From an uncultured Chloroflexia bacterium (lineage in GTDB: Bacteria; Chloroflexota; Anaerolineae; Anaerolineales; UBA11858), in the NCBI GenBank assembly GCA_963827805.1, contig CAWHCC010000003.1, forward strand, positions 491,186 through 555,185: a DNA stretch of 64,000 bases, in the 5' to 3' direction. A program made the translations under genes and the position numbers. Position 1 is the first letter of the stretch. The number at the start of each line of letters is the position of its first letter. Positions 48,691-58,963 of the stretch are shown here, one piece after another. The notes beneath the pieces were generated by a model. The model was not told the DNA's origin. It did not search any database and saw only the letters and a program-made list of their open reading frames with translations.

Positions 48691-49467
48691 CTAAAAACCT
48701 ATTTTACGGAGATATGCCAGGCTTTGCTCCACGCTAACCCAGGGATCAAACTCTTTTTCTTCTTGTTCAATAATATACCAATCGGGTTGATGCAATTCTT
48801 CGCAAACGTTAACGACCTCGGCCCAGTTCACATCGCCATCCCCGATGGCTGATGGAGCCTTTTCTGCTGAAAATTCCTTTAGATGCACCAGGCGAGCTCT
48901 TCCGGGATATTTTTTTAAATAGTGGATGGGGTCTGCCCCGCCTTGGAGCGCGTTTCCAATATCCACCTGCATGACAACTTCGGGATCGGTATTATCGAAG
49001 AAGATATCCCAAGGTAGTGACCCGTCTTCAGCAATGGGTTTAAAATCAAATCCATGATTATGATAACCCACTCGAATCCCTTCTTTTTTGAGAATTTTTG
49101 CGGCTTGGTTGAAATTATTCGCAACCCTTAAAACAGCCTCTCGAGTATTTGCTTGTTCTTCAGGGACGGCAGCAACAATTGCATATTTCATCTTCACAGT
49201 CCGACAAAACTGGATGAGATCATCCAAGTTTTCTTCGAATATAGTTGGATAAGAAACATGAGAACTAACAACCTGGATTCCCGTTCGTTGGCAAACAGCA
49301 AAAATATCCTCTGCACTCCATTTGTCGAACATATCTGTCCAACTAAACCAACGACAAAGTTCGACACCTGTAAATCCTAATGCTGAGATTCGCTCCAAAG
49401 TCCCTGGCATATCTTCACCAAAATACGCTCGAAATGGCCAAATTTGTGTAGCATATTCATTTTGCAT
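48691..49467 (-). CDS. Sugar phosphate isomerase/epimerase-family TIM-barrel protein
   Basis: AP_endonuc_2-like motifs are GFTGVEL, YHNHGFDF and VHLKE. Confidence 0.7.
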   Translation of the reverse strand: MQNEYATQIWPFRAYFGEDMPGTLERISALGFTGVELCRWFSWTDMFDKWSAEDIFAVCQRTGIQVVSSHVSYPTIFEENLDDLIQFCRTVKMKYAIVAAVPEEQANTREAVLRVANNFNQAAKILKKEGIRVGYHNHGFDFKPIAEDGSLPWDIFFDNTDPEVVMQVDIGNALQGGADPIHYLKKYPGRARLVHLKEFSAEKAPSAIGDGDVNWAEVVNVCEELHQPDWYIIEQEEKEFDPWVSVEQSLAYLRKIGF

Positions 49468-49744
49468 GTCTCCTCCATGAGAGAAATTAAGGTTGGAAAT
49501 TTATTAAGGATTATATCCTTTCTCATACAAAGGCGGAGGAGGTTGGCTGTTGGAACAGCCGACCTCCTCCTATCGAAACAAATCTTTTCCAAATAAATAT
49601 TCGGAAAACGCCGCTTTAGATACATTATTTCAGCGCAAGAAATTTAGAAAATGCATTTAAGCAAATGAGATCGGTTGAAATTCAACCGATCTCAAAATAA
49701 AAAAACTACAAAGGAAAAAACAAAACTTTCTATTCGTGATAGTT

Positions 49745-50161
49745 TTATTGTTCTGCTTGTTTCTTGAGGGCCGCGACAAACCCTTGAAAATTTTCGGTTA
49801 GATCAGGAATATTTTTGCCAAAGAGCGGCAATAATAACCCACTAAAGTTTTCCTGTGTGTGAAATGCTGTTTTTCCATCTTCGACGGGAGTTAGTTTGTG
49901 GGTACGCTCTGATTTGAATAAACCAAGTGGCATACCACCGGTGAGCACTATTTGGCTGGCTGTTTCAAATTTAGTTACTTTCACAGGGAATGATTGGGTG
50001 CTAAGCTTGGTATGAAACGTAATTTTTTCTCCTAGAGCAAATTTCCCCTCAACCCTTTCCATACTCTTATCCCACTCTGGATAACCATTTGCATTTGTCA
50101 ATATTTCCCATATTTTTTCTGGTGATGCATTAATTTTAATCGTTGCCCTAAATGTTTTCAC
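49745..50161 (-). CDS. SRPBCC (START/Bet v1-like) domain protein
   Basis: ATIKINASPEKIWEILTNANGYPEWD is a typical N-terminal SRPBCC signature. The length is 138 aa. Confidence 0.7.
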   Translation of the reverse strand: MKTFRATIKINASPEKIWEILTNANGYPEWDKSMERVEGKFALGEKITFHTKLSTQSFPVKVTKFETASQIVLTGGMPLGLFKSERTHKLTPVEDGKTAFHTQENFSGLLLPLFGKNIPDLTENFQGFVAALKKQAEQ

Positions 50162-50363
50162 TTATTAATCTCCTTAAGTCGGTTAATCTCTAATTCATTG
50201 ACGCTCTTTATCAAGATTTTCTTACATAACTATTTTGGTTAGGGAGGAAAATTTCTTGGCCAACCAATTCACTTGTGATCCACAAATTGCGAACCCTGGC
50301 TAGTTTACCCACTACGAGATCATTAAAATAATAAAGAAAGATAAAGAATTACCAAACCCTGAA

Positions 50364-50708
50364 TTATCCACCCGCAATCTTAACCTTGTAACCTTGCTTC
50401 TGCAGAATCCCCAAAATATTCTCTCGGTGATCTCCTTGGATCTCGATTACACCATCTTTGATGGTTCCACCCGTTCCACATGCACGTTTGAGTTCTTTTG
50501 ATAACGCTTTCAAATCTTTTTCGGAAAGCACTAAGTTTTTTACCATGGTAACTGTTTTTCCACCCCGGCCTTTAAATTCGCGATGTAAATAGGCAGTCTG
50601 CCGTTGAGGGGGCAACGACTTTACCGAGGGCGGTTTTCGGTAACGCACATCTTTTCGCATATCTCCATCACTAGAAGACCAAACAGTAGGACGATCCTTA
50701 TTGGACAT
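50364..50708 (-). CDS. yciH: SUI1/eIF1-family translation initiation factor-like protein (YciH type)
   Basis: GRGGKTVTMVKNL...LKALSKELKRACGTGGTIKDGVIEIQGDHRENILGILQKQGYKVKIAGG matches the SUI1 fold sequence pattern. Confidence 0.85.
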   Translation of the reverse strand: MSNKDRPTVWSSSDGDMRKDVRYRKPPSVKSLPPQRQTAYLHREFKGRGGKTVTMVKNLVLSEKDLKALSKELKRACGTGGTIKDGVIEIQGDHRENILGILQKQGYKVKIAGG

Positions 50709-50872
50709 AATAAATAATGCCTTTCTTAGAATTAGTATACCCTAAATCATACTTCCAATTTTGAAATAACTGGTCATATTTGGAAAATTTATCAGCAAAT
50801 TAATTGTATAATTAATCTTAATTATAGATATTTTTGACCAGTAAAATCAACATATCGAAGAGGAACTAATAT

Positions 50873-52081
50873 ATGGATACAACCCAACTACAACTATGGA
50901 TTGAACAAAATCAATTTTTTGCCCTAATCGGCATCATTATTTTGAGCGTCATTGGTTTTTTTATCGCCCGATTTATTATTGCACGCAGCTTAGTTTATTT
51001 GGCAAATCGTACAGAAACCAAGTATGACGATATCATAGTGCGGCACTTGCGCCCCTTCCGGGTGGCCTGGTTGGCTCCAGTAATCGTGATTTACATTTTT
51101 GCTGATCTATTTCCGGCATATCGAAATATCATCGAACAGGCAATGCTTTTTCTGATCCTTTGGATATCGATCATCACATTCAACGCCATGCTCAGCGCGG
51201 CCAATGACATTTACGAGAGCAGCCCAAATTTTAGCGGTGTAAGTATCCAAGGATATTTAGATATCAGTAAAATTCTGATTATCCTTGTAGGGGTCATTTT
51301 CAGCATCTCATTATTTACAGGCAAATCACCCCTTGTTCTATTAACTGGACTTGGCGCTTTGATGGCAATCTTGTTGCTCATTTTCCGAGATACGATTCTC
51401 TCCATTGTCGCCAGCATACAAATTTCCAGTTACGATCTCGTTAAAGAAGGTGATTGGATCGAAGTCCCCAGCTTTGGTGCAGATGGTGATGTGTTGAATA
51501 TGAGTCTGCACTCAATCAAGGTGCAAAACTGGGACAAAACCATTACTGTAATCCCAACTTACAAGATGATCGAAGTGGGTTTTAAGAACTGGCGCGGGAT
51601 GCAAGAGAGTGGTGGGCGGCGTATAAAACGTTCAATAGCAATTGATATGGGCAGCATCAAATTTTGTGATCGAGCAATGCTAGATGAATTTCGTAAGATT
51701 GATCTCATTCGGAATTATCTTGAAGCGCGCTACCAGGAAATCGAACGTTTTCAAAGTGAAAACAGCGATAAAATCAACTCGCTTTTGGATGGTCCTCAAA
51801 TCACCAATGTAGAGATTTTTCGGGCCTATATCGCCGCCTTTCTCAAGAGTCGTGATGATATCTACCAAGAAGGGATGACCTTCCTAATCCGCTCTTTAGC
51901 ACCAGGGCGGTCCGGTTTACCGCTGGAAGTATATGCCTTTACGAAGACGACGGATTGGATTGCGTATGAACAAATCCAGGGGGAAACTTTCGATCATTTG
52001 CTGGCAGCAGCCCCTAACTTTGGGTTGCGTGTCTTCCAAGAACCGACAGGCATGGATTTTGCCGCCATCGCAAACGGTTAG
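50873..52081 (+). CDS. Mechanosensitive ion channel (MscS) family protein
   Basis: N-terminal TM helices are followed by the MscS beta-domain pattern LVKEGDWIEVPSFGADGDVLNMSLHSIKVQNWDKTITVIPTYKM. Confidence 0.75.
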   Translation: MDTTQLQLWIEQNQFFALIGIIILSVIGFFIARFIIARSLVYLANRTETKYDDIIVRHLRPFRVAWLAPVIVIYIFADLFPAYRNIIEQAMLFLILWISIITFNAMLSAANDIYESSPNFSGVSIQGYLDISKILIILVGVIFSISLFTGKSPLVLLTGLGALMAILLLIFRDTILSIVASIQISSYDLVKEGDWIEVPSFGADGDVLNMSLHSIKVQNWDKTITVIPTYKMIEVGFKNWRGMQESGGRRIKRSIAIDMGSIKFCDRAMLDEFRKIDLIRNYLEARYQEIERFQSENSDKINSLLDGPQITNVEIFRAYIAAFLKSRDDIYQEGMTFLIRSLAPGRSGLPLEVYAFTKTTDWIAYEQIQGETFDHLLAAAPNFGLRVFQEPTGMDFAAIANG

Positions 52082-52107
52082 CACTCAAGGTTGATGGGCG
52101 GAAATTT

Positions 52108-54890
52108 TTACCTGATGAGCAATGGCAAGAACAACCAAGAACCGCCGCCACCATCATCATCCCATATCGTCCCTGTGGCTTGTGAATCTTGGATTAGCGC
52201 ACCGACAGGAGTATGGATATTTACCATAAATATTTCATCGGGTTCTGCAATAGAATCCCCCAAAATTTCAACCCTGAGCGTTTGCTCCGTTGCACCTGGG
52301 GGAAATGAGATTTCTCCCCAATCTTGGACAAAATCTTCCCCAAATTTTGCGCTGCTCTCAACGAGCCCATAACTCAAAGTAACCGTTATGGTCGCCGCTC
52401 GATCCAGGGTGATATCGAATTCCATCCAGGTCGAACCACTATCTCCCTCCACGAGGGAAGCATCTCCAATACTCAGTTCCGCCATATTCGCACTCGTGGC
52501 GGCTTCAACCCGTTTACACTCAGAAAACTCGGAATACCCCGTTGACATCACAATATACGGAATGCTGGGATCATACCCCCCCGCGGCCGATACAAAAACA
52601 CCATTACCGTTGGCATCCGTCGTTGCCGATGTGCCAGTGGTGTAATGGTCACCAACCGAACCTCCGCCCTCACCATATCCACTCGGATCGCAACTCTGAA
52701 CTTGATAAACCAGGATGGGAATTGTTTCATTGGGTTCAGAATTAATTACACCTTCGATCAAAATTTCATCGTCATGGATGACGAGGAGGCGAAATTCTGG
52801 AAAGTTCATCAAATTATTGGGGCCGATATCACCATCTCCAAGATCATTGGGGGTAACCCCGATAGGGGCCAGATCTACGCCTAAACCACCGTTATCATAA
52901 ATCCGGTTATTTTCATAATAATTTCCTACACCTGCAGATGACGCCATAAATATGCCCGCGCCAGAGTTGCTCGCAATGGTATTGGCATAGATATTCGAAT
53001 CAAAAGCCCCAGCTGTTAAATAGATACCATTGCGGTTGTTGCCCAAAGCTGCCGATGCCAGATAGTTCCGACCGATCACGTTATACTGCACTACAGTCGT
53101 ATCGCAATTATCGCCGATAAAGATGCCATCACCTGAATTACCAGAAATCACATTGCCTAAATCAGGGTTTGTAGATGGTCCAATGATTGTTTGGGCAGCC
53201 TGGTCGTCAACCCGCACACCGATATTGTTTGCCAGAGCCGCGTTGCCAGACGCATTCGTCCCGATATAGTTACCCGCCACCGCATTCGAATCAGAGTTAT
53301 CCCCCTCGATACGCACACCAGCCTGAACATTACCAGAAATCAGATTCCTTTCAAGCGTGTCTGATGCCCCATCCGCATCCGTACCAATCAAATTATGATC
53401 AGAGCCACCATCAATTAATACCCCGTTGAACCATTTCCAATGGCTGTTGTCCCATTTACATCCGTGCCAATATAATTTCCTGCCACCATAGTAAATCTCA
53501 ATCCTGAGCTGAGATGAACACCATCCTGGACATTTCCTGAAATGATATTGCGCTCATTGACATCGGCGGTGCCATCGCCATTGGTGCCAACCAGCAAGTT
53601 ACCAGCATCACCACCCTCCGCATAAACCCCATCGCCCTGGTTCGCAATTTCTGCCGTTCCCCCAGGATTTGTGCCAATCTTATTGCCTGCAATCCAAGTG
53701 CCATTATTAACATTCGTAACGGCCACACCACCGAGAATATTACCCGAAATCGTATTGCCTTCAAGGTGATCGCGAGTGCCATCACCATTGGTGCCAATCT
53801 GAACATCGTATGAACTGTAAGTCACCACAACCCCGTATCCTCCATTGGGAATGGCACTCGTGCCCAATGCGTTCGTACCGATATAATTGCCCGCGACAAC
53901 TGTATAATCACCCTGGTTTGTAATTCCATTGCTGGCATTGCCAGAGATGATGTTTCTCTCGTTGGCATCACCATTGCCATCGCTATCCGTACCAATAAGG
54001 GTGTGCGCGGCTAAAACATCCACAGCAATGCCGCTGGAATTATTTGCCTGCGCTTCATCCCCATCTTTCTTCAAACCAATATAATTTCCAGCCACGACAT
54101 TATTGTCACCAGAAATATCAATGCCATGTTGGCTGTTCCCTGAAATCACATTCCGCTCAGTCATATCAGAAATCCCATCTCCGTCTGTTCCGATGCGGTT
54201 ACCATCCCCGTCGATATAAACACCAATTTTATTCGGACCGCTATCCTCCCCGTTGGTGGTCACACCAATATAATTCCCCGCCACAATATTATTACTGCCA
54301 GAGAGTTGGATGCCATACCCCGTACAACCCGTACATTGGTTGCTGTAAATCACATTCCTTTCGGCAGCATCATCAACCCCGTCGCCATCTGTACCGATCA
54401 CATTATTTTGCCCGGTTACAATCACCCCATCCGCGAAGCCAAAAATGATCATCCCCACAATTCGAGTGTTATTTGAATTTAAGGTCAGACCAGCACTATT
54501 GCCCGCATTTATCCCTGAAAGAAAAACGCTGCCATTTCCATCGATGGTCACCCCATAATCATTCGTGAGGGCGGGAAGCTCGCTTAATGGGGCAATCACA
54601 ATCACATTATCAAAGGTGATCGTGTCATGGGAATCCAGGACATTTGACTGTTGGATTGCGGCTCGCAGAGTGCACTCATGGATGGCGATCGTCGCTAAGT
54701 TAGTATCACACAGGCTATCATCCAAATCTGGGTCGGCAGCATCCCCACTGCTATTCACCGTGAATGTAGCATTTGGCGCACTTTGAACCACAATTCCTGG
54801 CAGCAAGACAGGTATAAAAAAAGTGAGAATCAAAAGAATCAGTCCCCCAATGACAGCCGATTTCGCTGGGTATCGACGGATACTAGACAT
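52108..54890 (-). CDS. Large secreted CSLREA-N-terminal / parallel beta-helix repeat / Calx-beta protein, one frameshift at about 53417-53424
   Basis: ATG 54890 has AGGAGAGG upstream and a signal anchor follows. CTLRAAIQQSN is the CSLREA-type motif. More than 20 repeats of N.ISGN...GI.I.G..N.V.GNYIGT follow. The Calx-beta-like C-terminus reads LSIGDASLVEGDSG...GEISFPPGATEQTLRVEILGDSIAEPDE. The frames join across a C4/G4 run (...GNGSTG|VLIDGGSDHNLIGTDADG). Confidence 0.75.
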
Positions 54891-55078
54891 AACCCTCTCC
54901 TGGTCAATGACACGAAAGAAACTGGAACTTATTGCGTACAACTATTCATTTTTAAATTACTAATAGACAGAACAATTCGATTATACATGATAAATTTGCT
55001 AACTCAGAACGATTGGAGATAACAAAGCAGAATCTCTGATATGGCAGAGATTCTGCTTTTTGTGACGAATAGATCGAC

Positions 55079-56029
55079 CTAGAAATTTTTGCGAAAACTG
55101 TGAGCCGTTTCAATCGCAATTTTGATATTCTCCCAGTCGATATCCCCAGGGAGGGTGCAATCAGCACCCAAAATGAAATTTGAGGGGGCTTGCCGGCAAA
55201 CTGAGTTGACCTCAGCTTTGATTTCATCTTTAGTACCTGTCGCGATGACCCCCTGACGATCCAGCCCACCCATAAACGGTCTGCCGAACATCTCAACAAC
55301 CTGCTGACCCGACAGTGTTTCCGCACCAATATTGGGGTTGACATTGACCACATGACCCGGATAATCCACAAACGGAGAGAGATCAGTGTAGCCACCTTCA
55401 TAATCGCAGACGTGCAAAATATTGAACACGCAGGAACGCTCAATTTCCTCCATCAAAGCCAAATCATACGGGCGGATACACTCATCAAATATCGGAACGC
55501 CCTCAAAGCGATGTGTTTCGCCACCTTGAGTGGAATGGTAAAAACCATCAATGCCCACATCGATACAACCTTTGACAAAAGTCATTAGGCTATCCGCAAC
55601 AATTTCGATTCCTTTCCTCACCTGACTTGGATTTTCTCTCAGGTGTTCGGCTAAAATAGCTTTTCCAACACTGTGACCCGCACACATAAACGGTGAATAG
55701 AGCGTCATTAACACGAAGGCATCTTTACCTGCGGCATCGACTAAAGCTTTCGCGATATTGATTTGATCGGCGTAGAAATCAGCTCCATAAAAAGGCATCT
55801 TTGCCCAATCTTTGGGGCGCTTGATTTCTGTGACTACGGGGAAACGGTTTTCATATTGGATTTTGACAAAATCCATACCAGTATAGTTGAAATATTCCAG
55901 GTGCTTATCAATCGCGGCCTGCCCGCGGTGGAACCGAGGATCAAAATGGATAAAAAATCCCGATGGAATATAAGGGGTATCAACACCAGCATCCAACAAA
56001 CTCAAGACAATCTCTCTTTTATTCATCAC
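55079..56029 (-). CDS. Uroporphyrinogen-decarboxylase family protein (second, shorter paralogue)
   Basis: The 316-aa size and overall pattern (PYIPSGFFIHF..., GMDFVKIQYE, FILGADCTLP) resemble URO-D/MtaA-like proteins. This is a weaker match than 45572..46723. Confidence 0.5.
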   Translation of the reverse strand: MMNKREIVLSLLDAGVDTPYIPSGFFIHFDPRFHRGQAAIDKHLEYFNYTGMDFVKIQYENRFPVVTEIKRPKDWAKMPFYGADFYADQINIAKALVDAAGKDAFVLMTLYSPFMCAGHSVGKAILAEHLRENPSQVRKGIEIVADSLMTFVKGCIDVGIDGFYHSTQGGETHRFEGVPIFDECIRPYDLALMEEIERSCVFNILHVCDYEGGYTDLSPFVDYPGHVVNVNPNIGAETLSGQQVVEMFGRPFMGGLDRQGVIATGTKDEIKAEVNSVCRQAPSNFILGADCTLPGDIDWENIKIAIETAHSFRKNF

Positions 56030-56035
56030 ACTCTC

Positions 56036-56929
56036 CTAAACCATGCCGTATTTTTTCCAGGCTGTTAATCCACTGCGGATGAGTTCTTTTCCTGATTCAA
56101 CCATAATTTCTGCACCTTCCCCTTCGCCAGAAACCGAAACCACCGCAAAGGCTGCAACTTTGCCAGTTGCCATCACTGTATCGATTGCCACCATCACTTG
56201 ATCCATGTCGGGGCCATTCGGCTCTTTAGTGCCGTGATTGGGGGTATAAGCTTCATCCAAAATATCCGAATCAATATGGAAATAGATCAGATCAACGTCT
56301 GCAGCGAGCGTTTCTACGGCCTCTTTCAAGCTTAAATCGCCGGTGAATCCCGGAGCAATCGACGCGATCACTGTATCCGTGGCGCGGATAAGCTGCTCTT
56401 CCGCGGGATCGAGATTGCGCACATCGACCAGCACAATCCGTTCCGTCGGCAGCGGGGAGATCACATGCGAGGCCACCCGCCAATTGGCGTGGGTCAATCC
56501 CGCGGCAACGGCTACGGGCATCCCGCCCAACATTCCAGAGAGCGAAGTTTTCGCGGTATTGTAATCGCCGTGGGCATCGAACCAAACCAGGCCAATCCGA
56601 GCATCGATGCCGTGGGCATCTTGCAAACCGCCAAGAACACCTGTGATATGGCAGCAATTTCCACCCGTCAGGCAAACCGCGCGGCCATCTCTGCGGGCCG
56701 AGGCAACCTCATCGGCAATCAGCCCACCCAAAATGCCAATATTTTGCACTTCGTCAGGGGTACGCTGGTCATCATCGAGAAAAGGTTCCACAATTTCTAT
56801 GGGAACCTCCGCAGCCGAATAAATCCCTGATTCCTTGTACGCATCTAACGGGATTCGATCCCCAGGATAGTAATTTGCATTGCCATAGCGGATGCCAATA
56901 ATTTGAAGCTTTGAAATCGGTTTATTCAC
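56036..56929 (-). CDS. Arginase/agmatinase/formiminoglutamase-family metallohydrolase
   Basis: The Mn-binding motifs VWFDAHGDYNT, HIDSDILDEAY and a GGNCCHITGV-type loop are present. Confidence 0.8.
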   Translation of the reverse strand: MNKPISKLQIIGIRYGNANYYPGDRIPLDAYKESGIYSAAEVPIEIVEPFLDDDQRTPDEVQNIGILGGLIADEVASARRDGRAVCLTGGNCCHITGVLGGLQDAHGIDARIGLVWFDAHGDYNTAKTSLSGMLGGMPVAVAAGLTHANWRVASHVISPLPTERIVLVDVRNLDPAEEQLIRATDTVIASIAPGFTGDLSLKEAVETLAADVDLIYFHIDSDILDEAYTPNHGTKEPNGPDMDQVMVAIDTVMATGKVAAFAVVSVSGEGEGAEIMVESGKELIRSGLTAWKKYGMV

Positions 56930-57111
56930 CAGTAAATCCTTTCATTTTCTAGCATCAGGACGGTTTTAATTTGGACCCGGATGAACACTTAGAAACGCAG
57001 ATCAAACCTGGGAGAAAAGGGCACCATCCGTGCATTCCGGGTCAATCCGTGTCCGAAAAAAGCATAACGCTAAAAGTGTCGTGTAAGTAGTTCATTTTTA
57101 GACCAAAATAA

Positions 57112-58149
57112 TTAAAAGCGATCAATAACGACCACACCGGTCGGCGGAGTTTCGCCCATTGATTGCAGTATTTCCAAAGATTCTTCAAGGGTCACTGTGC
57201 GGTTGATGAGCTTGTCTGGCTGCAATTTACCGGACACAATCATCTCTAACATAGGACCATAGGCGTGCGCCTGCATCCCGTGGCTGCCAATCAACTCGAG
57301 TTCATTGAACATCACCCAACCCATCGGCAGCGCGGTTTCTTTGGATTCAGCCGCCATCACGCCGATCTGCACATGCCGGCCGCGCTTGCGCAAACTCATC
57401 ACCGAATTGCGGCAGGTTTCAGAGCTCCCCAAAGCGTCGATGGAAATCTGCGCACCGCCGCGGGTAATTTCTCGAATGGCATCAACCGGATTTTCATTCC
57501 TGGCATTGATTGTGGCTGCCGCCCCCATAGAATCAGCTAAATTCAAAGTCTCACCATTAATATCCACCCCGATGACCTGCGCGCCCATCGCATTGGCGAT
57601 CATAATTGCAGAAAGACCAATCCCGCCGCAGCCATACACGGCCACCCACTCCCCGGGCTGTACCCGCCCCTGCACAGCAACCGCCCGAAAGGAGGTGATG
57701 AAGCGGCACCCCAGGCTGGCCGCCTCGACAAATCCGATTTGCTCTGGTAGCCGAACCAGGTTCGTGTCAGCATAGCGAATTGCAACATACTCGGCAAATG
57801 AACCCCAGGCCGTAAATCCGGGCTGGAAATAATCATCACAAACCTGCTGATTGCCCGAAGCGCACTGTTCGCAGCGTCCACAGCCGCAAGCAAACGGTAA
57901 AGTAACGCGGTCGCCAACTTTCAAATTGCGCACATCTTTCCCGACAGCTTCAATAACACCGGCCATTTCGTGCCCCGGTACATGCGGCAAATGCACATCT
58001 CCATCATGCCCCATCCAGCCGTGCCAATCACTGCGGCAAATGCCATTGGCGTTCACTTTGATCACGACACCATCATCGGTGGTTTCCGGATCGGGTAATG
58101 TCTCAATCGTCAATGGTTGACCAAACTCTTCGAAATACGCGGCTCGCAT
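57112..58149 (-). CDS. Zinc-dependent alcohol dehydrogenase (MDR) family
   Basis: The catalytic Zn region is GICRSDWH...GHEMAGV. The structural Zn cluster is CGCGRCEQC and the NAD motif is VYGCGGIGL. The start is ATG 58149 with GAGGAG upstream. Confidence 0.85.
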   Translation of the reverse strand: MRAAYFEEFGQPLTIETLPDPETTDDGVVIKVNANGICRSDWHGWMGHDGDVHLPHVPGHEMAGVIEAVGKDVRNLKVGDRVTLPFACGCGRCEQCASGNQQVCDDYFQPGFTAWGSFAEYVAIRYADTNLVRLPEQIGFVEAASLGCRFITSFRAVAVQGRVQPGEWVAVYGCGGIGLSAIMIANAMGAQVIGVDINGETLNLADSMGAAATINARNENPVDAIREITRGGAQISIDALGSSETCRNSVMSLRKRGRHVQIGVMAAESKETALPMGWVMFNELELIGSHGMQAHAYGPMLEMIVSGKLQPDKLINRTVTLEESLEILQSMGETPPTGVVVIDRF

Positions 58150-58184
58150 TTTTATCTCCTCAAATTGAGAATAAAGTAACAATT

Positions 58185-58931
58185 TCAGGTAATCAAATTA
58201 TCTGGCAAGAAATCTGTTCGGTTGACATAAACGACCACAACTTTTTGGTCGTAAACATCCAACCGAGTAATGGCACAATTATTTTTTAAGAACCAGTATT
58301 CATGATCGAACTCTTTGATGCGGCGCATTTCTATTCCCAAAGCCACAGTCAACAGGTGCATGAAAAAACCGCCGTGGCTGACCATTGCAACACGGTGCTC
58401 GGGTTGACCTTCTCGATCCGAATGCCGTTCCAGAAGATCAGCCCACACCTTTTCTGCCCGAGGCCGCCGCATTTCAGGCTTTTCAAACGGACGGCTCTGC
58501 CACCAACCCCGGTCGTCCAGAGCATCAGGCAGAATCAAATCGGGGAAATGCTGTTCAAAGTAAGAGCGAGATTTTCCGGGCAATCCAGCCATCTCATCCT
58601 CTGAGAAACGGGAAAAGATACCACCGGTTTCATGAGTCTCGGGCCACGCGACCAGCGGCAATCCTATAGCTTGGGCAACGGGTGTCGCGGTGCCCACTGC
58701 ACGGACCATCAAGCTGGTATAAATATGGGTTAATCCAAAACCCTGCCGATTCTGGGGGTTCCAAATGGCAGCATTTTCCAGCTCTTGATTCTCTCCCGTA
58801 AAACGAGCGAGGTGCTCAACTTGTGAGTGAGCAATTTTCGTCAATTCTGGATCGGGGCTTTCCGGGTAGCTGTCATCTCCCCAATGGGCGTTATTTTCAG
58901 ATTGGGCGTGACGAATGAAGTAAAGCTGCAT
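58185..58931 (-). CDS. Histidine phosphatase (phosphoglycerate-mutase-like) family protein
   Basis: The catalytic RHG-type motif is LYFIRHAQSENN, with a downstream VSHGGF. Confidence 0.8.
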   Translation of the reverse strand: MQLYFIRHAQSENNAHWGDDSYPESPDPELTKIAHSQVEHLARFTGENQELENAAIWNPQNRQGFGLTHIYTSLMVRAVGTATPVAQAIGLPLVAWPETHETGGIFSRFSEDEMAGLPGKSRSYFEQHFPDLILPDALDDRGWWQSRPFEKPEMRRPRAEKVWADLLERHSDREGQPEHRVAMVSHGGFFMHLLTVALGIEMRRIKEFDHEYWFLKNNCAITRLDVYDQKVVVVYVNRTDFLPDNLIT

Positions 58932-58963
58932 GTTTTAGCCTTGTGTTGACGGATCAAGTTGAT

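Noticed and set aside
49535-49693. Two hairpins as terminators: GGAGGAGGTTGGCTGT/ACAGCCGACCTCCTCC at 49535-49570, and GAGATCGGTTGAA/TTCAACCGATCTC at about 49667-49693.
   Set aside because: Neither is followed by a clean U-tract in the direction of the flanking minus-strand genes. They may be attenuators or REP-like elements, but I cannot support a call.
52108-54941. Periodic DNA similarity that might suggest a CRISPR array or satellite.
   Set aside because: The periodicity is at the protein level (beta-helix repeats of ~22-25 aa) and is degenerate at the DNA level. There are no identical direct repeats with unique spacers.
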